Source: Lachnospiraceae bacterium | GTDB lineage: Bacteria; Bacillota; Clostridia; Lachnospirales; Lachnospiraceae | NCBI GenBank assembly: GCA_017521195.1 | Contig: JAFXGP010000088.1 | Span: 11,203 to 75,202 of the forward strand | DNA: 64,000 nt | Reading direction: 5' to 3' | In this document: positions 9,818 through 16,816 of the stretch, piece by piece | How positions within the stretch are numbered: the first letter of the stretch is position 1 | How the letters are laid out: each line of letters starts with the position of its first letter | Notes under the pieces: model-generated | The model's database searches: none | What the model saw: only the letters and a program-made list of their open reading frames with translations | What the model was told of the DNA's origin: nothing | Made by a program: the position numbers and the translations under genes

Positions 9818-9884
9818 TTTGTATATGAAACGCAGAATAGGCAGAAAGAATATCTTTCCGCCTATTCTGCGTTTCATATACAAA
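9818..9884. terminator. very long near-perfect hairpin (32-nt arms, 3-nt loop); putative terminator/insulator closing the 12673->9907 operon
   Basis: Arms 9818..9849 and 9853..9884 pair at 31 of 32 positions, with a single A/C mismatch at 9843/9859. The loop is ATA (9850..9852). It lies 23 nt downstream of the stop at 9907. No clear U-tract follows on either strand. Confidence 0.5.
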
Positions 9885-9906
9885 AAACATATTACAACAA
9901 TTACTT

Positions 9907-10476
9907 TTATTTTTTACTAACCTTATATTTTTCGATAACATCACATAATTGCTTTTTTCTTTCACTTCTATCACCGGAAATCTTAATGTAATTTATTTGA
10001 AACTGTTCCAAAAGAGATAGAATCAAAGCATCAATATCTCTCCTATACTTTTCATCTTCTGGTCTAACACCATCATATTGAAGAGCAAATTCTATTGGAA
10101 AGTAAACATACAAATCATATCTATCTTTCTCCAATAACCATATATTTTTCATCATTTCAATAAAATACTCAGAAATATATGGCCTTGGTAATTTACTATT
10201 CACCATAGCATATGCTACCGGATCCAGCAATGTACGATCACTTATAAAGATATCACATTCTTGCATCAACTTGTTTTCTTCATTTAATTGATCATTTATA
10301 TAATGAATATATGACTCTACTGTGGCATCCATATTTAAAGGATATCCCTTTTCTATAATTTTTCTTGCAACCTCTGTTACACTGTGAATTTTTAATTTGT
10401 CTGCAAGTATTTCCTCTATATCTTTTAGCAATGTAGTCTTTCCTGTACAATGTGTTCCTGTAAATGCTATTTTCAC
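9907..10476 (-). CDS. P-loop NTPase / nucleoside-kinase-like protein (AAA_28 / NadR-RNK-like)
   Basis: 189 aa. Walker A GTHCTGKTTL, and a Walker-B-like FISDRTLLD. GTG start overlaps the upstream stop (GTGA, 10473..10476). Confidence 0.55.
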   Translation of the reverse strand: MKIAFTGTHCTGKTTLLKDIEEILADKLKIHSVTEVARKIIEKGYPLNMDATVESYIHYINDQLNEENKLMQECDIFISDRTLLDPVAYAMVNSKLPRPYISEYFIEMMKNIWLLEKDRYDLYVYFPIEFALQYDGVRPEDEKYRRDIDALILSLLEQFQINYIKISGDRSERKKQLCDVIEKYKVSKK

Positions 10477-11396
10477 CCCTCTGCACCATCCTTTTTTAAA
10501 TATAAATCTTTCATCATTCTTGCACCTCTCTCCTGAGAATCTCGCGCTTCACAAATTATTACCGGTTGCACCCCTTTATATTTTATTGCTTCGACAAAGT
10601 GCTCTGCCAAAGGATAATATCTATTCTCTTTAACTTCACTAAATAATTCTAATTGTTGATTCTCAATTCTATCTTCAAATGCTCGATGTCTCTTCTCACC
10701 ATTACGATCGATTTCCACCGGATACATATGAAAATGAGTCTCTTCTAAATATTGCCTTCCCAATTCTTTCTCTATGAGATTAAGTATTTCTATAATACTT
10801 TCCGATGTCGTTAATTTACCATTCTCAAATCCGTGCACATGGGCCACATCAATACAAGGACGAGTATACTCCACACGAGAACATATATATATAATATCGT
10901 TCACACTACCTATCTGGCTATGCTTACCTGCTGTTTCAGGATATAAATATATGCCCTTTGGAATTTTATTTTTAATACTATTTAATCCATCTACTATTCT
11001 TTTTAATGCATCCATCCTATCGGCTTCACTCTTCCCCGGAAAATGCCCTGGATGAAAGACAATTCTCTTAGAACCAATTCTAACTGCAAGTTCAAAACAT
11101 TGTAATATCCTTTCCTTAGATCTCTGAACTATTGCATCATCAGCACTTGCCAATGTAATAAAATAAGGTGCATGTAAAGATATTCCTATTTTATATTTCT
11201 CAGCCAATTCCCTATACAAAACTGCCTGTTCTTCCTTCATCTTTACACCATAAGTATTTTGAAGCTCTATCCAATCCAAATTTAATTCATTCAACCACTC
11301 AAATATATTTTCTCTTTTCTTTTTATACCTGCTTTCGAAAAAAGCCGGCGGAAAACCCGCAACACCAAACCTTATTTCTTTTTGTTCTTTTATCAT
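10473..11396 (-). CDS. endonuclease IV-like / xylose-isomerase-like TIM-barrel metalloenzyme
   Basis: 307 aa. Ordered metal-ligand-like motifs LHAPYFI, VFHPGHF, YPETAGK, IDVAHVHG, THFHMYP and ICEARD resemble the Nfo pattern. ATGA overlap with the upstream gene (11393..11396). Confidence 0.6.
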   Translation of the reverse strand: MIKEQKEIRFGVAGFPPAFFESRYKKKRENIFEWLNELNLDWIELQNTYGVKMKEEQAVLYRELAEKYKIGISLHAPYFITLASADDAIVQRSKERILQCFELAVRIGSKRIVFHPGHFPGKSEADRMDALKRIVDGLNSIKNKIPKGIYLYPETAGKHSQIGSVNDIIYICSRVEYTRPCIDVAHVHGFENGKLTTSESIIEILNLIEKELGRQYLEETHFHMYPVEIDRNGEKRHRAFEDRIENQQLELFSEVKENRYYPLAEHFVEAIKYKGVQPVIICEARDSQERGARMMKDLYLKKDGAEG

Positions 11397-12673
11397 GCTC
11401 GCTTTTTCTCCTTTTGTACGATGCCTTTCAACTCTTCACTAATTCTATTGCCGGCACAATATCCAGACCACATTGATTGCACGAACCCTCTGGAAATTCC
11501 CACTGCATCTCCTATTACATAAATATTTTTACAATTCGTTTCAAAATGTTCATCTGTACTGACAATCGGATTGAGTCTATCTACCGAAGGAAGCCAAACA
11601 GGATATTTATCTAGGTTTTCCTCCAGTATCTGTTCCTTTTGCATCATACGTATAAAATGTATAATTGCTTCAAAAACCTCAACAAATAGGTTTGTTTCTT
11701 TTATTAGACTATCACCATTTTTCACAAAATCTTTTAAGGACCAATCTAAATTTATATATTCTTTCAGATAAGAACAATATAGTGCAGCTCCCTCAAAACC
11801 ATATATATAAGGACTTCTAGCTAATATTCCCAAATTAACCTGTTTTGTAATAACATTTTCGAAATGACCATCATAATATTTCATTCCATTTAAGTTTACA
11901 ATAGTCTTACTTCCACCAGAACACACACAAAATGTTCTCAAACCAATATCACCAATTTGAGCCTTAAGTTTAATGTCTTTTCCTATCTCTCTAAATATTT
12001 CTGTTCTATTATAGTCTATACCAAATCGTATTCCCAAATCGGGATTTTGCAATCTGACATTTTTTTGTTTTCCGAACCATTTCATAATTCGCTCAGAAGA
12101 AAGCCTTCCACTAGCAAATATTATATAATCAACTAACTCTTCGATAGTTTCTGTATTATTTTTTTTACACTGTATTATATACCCATCGTTTACTTTTTTA
12201 TAATCGATGAACTCGCACGATGTAATAATATCTACACCATACTTTCTTACTTCCGCCAACAAACTTGAAACAAAGCAATTCATTTCCGTTTTTGTTAAAA
12301 GTATAGATTCATAATTCTTTTGAAAAAAATTATCTGTTTTTGATAGTATCATAGATATACCACCACTCTCAGGGAACTTTTTATTTTGTATAAAAAATTT
12401 CAAATATCTTTCACAAAAAACTGCAAACTCATCTGCATAAAATCCGGTTCGTTTCCATACTCCCGCACTAGCTGGGGGAAAACATAATTTCCCTCCATAA
12501 ATAGTTCCTGCCCCTCCTTCTCCACAGACCATACCTGACTCATCTTCTACCACTCTTTCTGCATAATGTTTACCCTTTTCAATTATAATAATCTGTGCTT
12601 CAAAGTTTTGGGCTAATTGATAAGCCGCTGTAAGACCACTAAGACCTGCACCAACAATTAATATTTTTTTCAT
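11393..12673 (-). CDS. FAD/NAD(P)-binding oxidoreductase (uncharacterised FAD-dependent dehydrogenase type)
   Basis: 426 aa. N-terminal dinucleotide fold KILIVGAGLSGLTAAYQLA...IIIEKG and C-terminal IYVIGDAVGISRG. SD AGGAGAG upstream. Confidence 0.7.
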   Translation of the reverse strand: MKKILIVGAGLSGLTAAYQLAQNFEAQIIIIEKGKHYAERVVEDESGMVCGEGGAGTIYGGKLCFPPASAGVWKRTGFYADEFAVFCERYLKFFIQNKKFPESGGISMILSKTDNFFQKNYESILLTKTEMNCFVSSLLAEVRKYGVDIITSCEFIDYKKVNDGYIIQCKKNNTETIEELVDYIIFASGRLSSERIMKWFGKQKNVRLQNPDLGIRFGIDYNRTEIFREIGKDIKLKAQIGDIGLRTFCVCSGGSKTIVNLNGMKYYDGHFENVITKQVNLGILARSPYIYGFEGAALYCSYLKEYINLDWSLKDFVKNGDSLIKETNLFVEVFEAIIHFIRMMQKEQILEENLDKYPVWLPSVDRLNPIVSTDEHFETNCKNIYVIGDAVGISRGFVQSMWSGYCAGNRISEELKGIVQKEKKRA

Positions 12674-12838
12674 TTTTCTCTCCTAAATCACAACATCTAT
12701 ATACTTTTTTGACATTTTCTTACCTACTAAGCTTTTCTCCTATCCGTCTTACCAATTCCTGTATAAACTCATCTGACTTTGTCAATTGCTCCACTATTTT
12801 ATCTTCTTTTATCTCTGCCAAAATAGTATCTTTTAATC

Positions 12839-13621
12839 CTAACAATCCACATTCCGCAGGTATTGTTCCTGAGAACGAAAATACCTAATATCTTTAATTC
12901 CGTTAGTATCACAATATGACTTTTGATACTTCTTTTTATTCATTTTCTTTAAATTTAATATAGTTTCATTGCGTACTTCTTCATCACCCAAACATGAAAC
13001 ATAAGAAAATTCAATAGTTGCTATTTTATCACCATGCTTTATATCAATTACTCTACTACTTAGATTATATATAAAGCAAAACAACTTCCCTCTATAATAA
13101 GGTTCAACCTGAGTTGCCTGCTGACTAATTATTCCTTTATGTACACTTCCTAATTTTAAATCAAATCTTCCTACAACAATTTTTTTATGTTTTTCTACCA
13201 CACTATAAGTATCCACAGTTTCTCTCAATTGTATAAGTGCAGCACCATACGGGGGTATACTTAATGTTCTTATCTTTACATCATTCTGTCTTTTGTATTG
13301 ATTGCTAGGTTGATGATTTTCATTCAACTTTTCCATTTCATCATCTTCCCCTATATAAAAAAGATTCCATTTCTTCGCCTTACCATCACCTTCTCCACTA
13401 TAGACAAAATGGCCTTCGCCCATCGTCAAATCAAATGTAGTTGGTTTCAAGCGATCTGTTGGATTTTCATCAGGCGAATAATCAACTAATCCGTAACGAA
13501 CTATCTCTTCTGAAGTTAATATCCCTGCCATTTTTTGAAAGCAGCTACTATTATGCTCACAATTCAAATCCATTTTAGAATTATCGCCTATGTCTATACT
13601 TTTTTCGCTTCCCATTACCAC
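12839..13621 (-). CDS. dCTP deaminase / dUTPase-fold protein (divergent; candidate defence effector)
   Basis: 260 aa. The core follows the Dcd/dUTPase pattern: ILTSEEIVRYGL, TTFDLTMGEG, IPPYGAALIQLRETV, VVGRFDLKLGS, QVEPYYRGKLFCFIYN, HGDKIATIEF. SD AGGAGAAG overlaps the stop codon of the KAP gene. The track start is a GTG (13621), with an ATG two codons in (13615). Confidence 0.7.
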   Translation of the reverse strand: MVMGSEKSIDIGDNSKMDLNCEHNSSCFQKMAGILTSEEIVRYGLVDYSPDENPTDRLKPTTFDLTMGEGHFVYSGEGDGKAKKWNLFYIGEDDEMEKLNENHQPSNQYKRQNDVKIRTLSIPPYGAALIQLRETVDTYSVVEKHKKIVVGRFDLKLGSVHKGIISQQATQVEPYYRGKLFCFIYNLSSRVIDIKHGDKIATIEFSYVSCLGDEEVRNETILNLKKMNKKKYQKSYCDTNGIKDIRYFRSQEQYLRNVDC

Positions 13622-13629
13622 AACTTCTC

Positions 13630-14976
13630 CTAATTCATAATTTCAGAAAAATCACAATATCGTTTTACAATATCTAATTCCTTATATCTATCTATATTTC
13701 CATCTGTTCGTGGATAATATGGCATGTCATCTGCATTATATACATTAGCAAAATACCAAAAGACATCGCCATATATAGTACTCTTTAACTTTCCCTTTTC
13801 GTTTATACCTAACTTAACATAACCCTCAGCTTCTCTTTCCAACATCCTTAAATACTCAAACTTTTTAATTCCTAATTCTTTCTCTAACTCAGAATATTTT
13901 TCACGATTAATCAAGGCCAACTTATTCATATCTCCAAAGTTCCACATTTTTAACACTTCATACAGGATTTCAAACATTAAAACCGATTCATCTACCGGCT
14001 CTTTGCATACAATAGAATGCACAACATCTATCTTTTCAATTAATTTCTCTTGTATTCTGACATCAACTCCTGTAAACAGATCCGTAACAACTTTTTCTAT
14101 CTTTTCTTGATTTTTTAATTTCCCATTAACTTGAAATTTTTTAAAATAACGTTCATATTTATGGATAAGATTATTATTAATTTTTCCTTTATCCAATATC
14201 AGTGAAAAATTAATAAATTTTTTTAAATACTTCTCAACACTCATCGAATTCTTACTTTGATTTCCTCCAAACATCTCTTCCACAGAATGTTCCAACTGCG
14301 TTCTATCAATAGCAAGAATCACAACGATATTCTCTAACCCTGAAAAAATATGATGAAGTCGTTCCAATACCTTAATTGTATACTGCGGAATACATCGATC
14401 CAATTCATCAACAACAAAAACTATTGTTCTTTCATCAGCAATTTCTCGTAATTTATCCTGCACCTGTTCTATAGTCTTATTAAAATTAAACATTTTATCA
14501 AAAGCATAACTTTCTTTTTCATTTTTATCTTTGTTATCTTTTATATCACTTACAACATTTACTATATTTACTCCTATTTTATTTTCTATATATAATCCTG
14601 CAATTTCTTGTAATTTATCCTGAGCCAATTGCCAACCAGCTTTTACTGTATCTACCATCTCCAAATTAGTAAGTGCTTCATCTTTCCGAATGGAGCTTAA
14701 CATAGCCGAGATAATTGCCACAGCTGGTTCTTCATAATAGTCATATTTCCAACAATTATAATGAAACACAAAATATTTATCATTCGCAGTCTTTTCGCTC
14801 TGTATAATATTTAATTTCTTTTCTAATTGCTCAACAACAAATGTTTTTCCGATTCCCCATCCACCTTCAATGGCAAAACAACATCCCTGTTTGTTTTCTG
14901 ATAATTGTTCTACTACTTTAATCACATTATCTACAAACTTATCACGATCTAATAAATCAACTTTCTCTCTTTCCAT
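13630..14976 (-). CDS. KAP-family P-loop NTPase (soluble, no transmembrane insert)
   Basis: 448 aa. Walker A IEGGWGIGKTF, family-typical NCWKYDYYEEP, and Walker B TIVFVVDELDRC. No hydrophobic stretch of 18 aa or more lies between Walker A and Walker B. Confidence 0.8.
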   Translation of the reverse strand: MEREKVDLLDRDKFVDNVIKVVEQLSENKQGCCFAIEGGWGIGKTFVVEQLEKKLNIIQSEKTANDKYFVFHYNCWKYDYYEEPAVAIISAMLSSIRKDEALTNLEMVDTVKAGWQLAQDKLQEIAGLYIENKIGVNIVNVVSDIKDNKDKNEKESYAFDKMFNFNKTIEQVQDKLREIADERTIVFVVDELDRCIPQYTIKVLERLHHIFSGLENIVVILAIDRTQLEHSVEEMFGGNQSKNSMSVEKYLKKFINFSLILDKGKINNNLIHKYERYFKKFQVNGKLKNQEKIEKVVTDLFTGVDVRIQEKLIEKIDVVHSIVCKEPVDESVLMFEILYEVLKMWNFGDMNKLALINREKYSELEKELGIKKFEYLRMLEREAEGYVKLGINEKGKLKSTIYGDVFWYFANVYNADDMPYYPRTDGNIDRYKELDIVKRYCDFSEIMN

Positions 14977-15090
14977 ACTTGTCCACGTTACCTTTCTTTT
15001 TCATTAATAAAGATCTCTACTCTATGACAACACATTATTCAAAATGCTATACACGACCCCATCGCATATAGCACCTTCTTTTACTCTTAT

Positions 15091-15408
15091 TTAATTAGAA
15101 TCATCCTTCTCCTCACAAAACTCATTGATCAGTTTCATAATTTTCCCTAATCTCTTCATTTGTGCCGGACTCATGTTATCAAATTTGCCATTCCGATTTT
15201 TACCTTCTCCGGTCAACAAATAATCACAACTTGAAGATAGGGCTCTGCTAATCTTCAATAATGTCTCGGCTGAAATTCCTTTTTTACCCATTTCCACTTC
15301 ATACAAAAACTTGGTTGAAATCTCTGCTTTCTCCGCCAGTTCCTCTCTGGTCATGTTTCTTTCTTTTCTTAATTCTTGTATTCTTATCCCCATTTTGTCA
15401 TTCGTCAT
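15091..15408 (-). CDS. XRE-family helix-turn-helix transcriptional regulator
   Basis: 105 aa. Sequence IRIQELRKERNMTREELAEKAEISTKFLYEVEMGKKGISAETLLKISRAL is a canonical HTH_XRE. SD AAGGGGA 9 nt upstream. Confidence 0.85.
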   Translation of the reverse strand: MTNDKMGIRIQELRKERNMTREELAEKAEISTKFLYEVEMGKKGISAETLLKISRALSSSCDYLLTGEGKNRNGKFDNMSPAQMKRLGKIMKLINEFCEEKDDSN

Positions 15409-15695
15409 ACCACTATCCCCTTTATCCTAATTTTGACATTTTTTAACACTTTGTACAAAGGTCAATAGTTCCATTTGATATTACCTATAATTCACGTTTG
15501 ATATTTTTGAACGTAATATTCCCTTCTACATTTTCAGTGCAAACACATAAATGTTCTTTTATTTTTTCTTTTCATTATCGCTTATTTCCCCGGAATATGT
15601 TGTCATTTATTACTTTATGATGTTTTGTTATAGTTCTAATAGAAAAATAGAAGATTATATCTAAAAAACGGAAGATTCTTTTGATTTGCGCAAAC

Positions 15696-15724
15696 TTTAC
15701 ATTGCCATTATCGTATGATAGAAT
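15696..15724 (+). promoter_or_regulatory. sigma-A type promoter candidate for the plus-strand acyltransferase gene
   Basis: TTTACA (15696..15701), a 17-nt spacer ending in TGa, then TAGAAT (15719..15724), giving an extended -10. It is followed by SD AGGAGA (15754..15759) and the ATG at 15767. Confidence 0.5.
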
Positions 15725-15766
15725 TAGAAAACATTAGTTCAGATTTTTGAATTAGGAGAATACCAT

Positions 15767-16783
15767 ATGACTTCCAAAAAACACCACTCATTCAACTATG
15801 ATTTTCTACGGTTAATAGCCATGACATTTGTAATTGCAGTTCATACGATTCCCAAACCTTTTGCAGAAAATACCATTGGTTCTATTGCATTCAAAGCAAT
15901 TTTGTTTATGTGTAATGGTTTATTTTATATGCTTAGTGGATGTTTGAATTTAGATAAAGTATTTGAATCCAAAGAAGATTATGTGTCTTTTTATAAAAAT
16001 AAAATAGTCACCATTCTTTTACCATTTATTTTAGGTTGCATTTTTGTTAGTCTGTATACATATGAAGGTGAATTCAGTTTTTCCTTAATTGCCAACGACC
16101 TTATATATGACTTTTTATCAAATCACACCTATATTTTTCTTTGGTTTGTCTATCCTTTAATTGGTATGCTTCTAAGCACACCTTTTTTATCTAAGATGCT
16201 TCATTCCATGTCCGACTGGGAATTAAAACTACTATTTGGAATTGGAATGGGTTGGCAAGTAGCCAGCATTTATTTTGCAAATAATTTATTCGGTGTATTT
16301 GGTTTTTCCGGGTGGTTTTTATCCTCTTGGGTATTTCATTTTTTTATAGGATATTTTATTAAAAGAATTGTCACGCCTAACAATAAATATAAGTTCTACA
16401 TATTTTCTATATTAGGTTTTTTTGTTACAGTTTTAGGTAAATATTTCTTAAAAGATGCCTACACAAATCCCAATGATTTGGCGCCGGCCCATATATTACT
16501 AACAATGGGATTGTTTATTTTAATTACGGAAGAAATAAATATCAATAATACTTTCTTCAAAAAGATTGTTCATATAATTTCTTCACATTCGTTTTCAGTG
16601 TATTTAGTACATGATTATGTAAAAAACCATATTGTTAATCCACTTAACCTTTCCGGTTCTCCATGGATTGCTTTTAGTAAAAATTTTATATTAACACTAT
16701 TTTTAAGTGTCATATTAGCAATTGTAATCGACACTATTTTAATTCGTCCATTACAAAAAATAATTAGGAATATTCTCAAATAA
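15767..16783 (+). CDS. acyltransferase family 3 membrane protein (polysaccharide O-acyl/acetyltransferase type)
   Basis: 338 aa, about 10 TM helices, N-terminal FNYDFLRLIAMTFVIAVHT motif. This is the only plus-strand gene in the window. Confidence 0.75.
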   Translation: MTSKKHHSFNYDFLRLIAMTFVIAVHTIPKPFAENTIGSIAFKAILFMCNGLFYMLSGCLNLDKVFESKEDYVSFYKNKIVTILLPFILGCIFVSLYTYEGEFSFSLIANDLIYDFLSNHTYIFLWFVYPLIGMLLSTPFLSKMLHSMSDWELKLLFGIGMGWQVASIYFANNLFGVFGFSGWFLSSWVFHFFIGYFIKRIVTPNNKYKFYIFSILGFFVTVLGKYFLKDAYTNPNDLAPAHILLTMGLFILITEEININNTFFKKIVHIISSHSFSVYLVHDYVKNHIVNPLNLSGSPWIAFSKNFILTLFLSVILAIVIDTILIRPLQKIIRNILK

Positions 16784-16814
16784 AAAATAGGTGTACTTGA
16801 AGTACACCTATTTT
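16784..16814. terminator. bidirectional rho-independent terminator between convergent genes
   Basis: Perfect 14-bp stem AAAATAGGTGTACT (16784..16797) / AGTACACCTATTTT (16801..16814) with a 3-nt loop. A/T runs on both sides. It sits between the stop at 16783 (+) and the stop at 16817 (-). Confidence 0.7.
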
Positions 16815-16816
16815 AC

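Noticed and set aside
12674-12838. Intrinsic terminator between the deaminase-fold gene and the FAD-oxidoreductase operon
   Set aside because: Only 4-bp stems are visible (for example CTTA...TAAG around 12719..12731), with no GC-rich hairpin plus T-run. Hence I suggest possible read-through rather than calling a terminator.
14977-15090. Separate promoter for the KAP gene in the 114-bp gap after xre (minus strand TTGTCA followed by TATTAA/ATTAAT)
   Set aside because: The spacing is 15-16 nt with only 4/6 matches to the -10 consensus. That is not distinguishable from chance in AT-rich DNA, so it is left unannotated. Co-transcription with xre is equally possible.
15433-15491. TTGACA (15433..15438) and TATAAT (15486..15491) hexamers on the plus strand as a promoter
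   Set aside because: They are 47 nt apart, which is incompatible with a sigma-A promoter. TTGATA (15475..15480) is only 5 nt from the TATAAT. The TTTACA-17-TAGAAT element at 15696..15724 is a better candidate for the acyltransferase gene.
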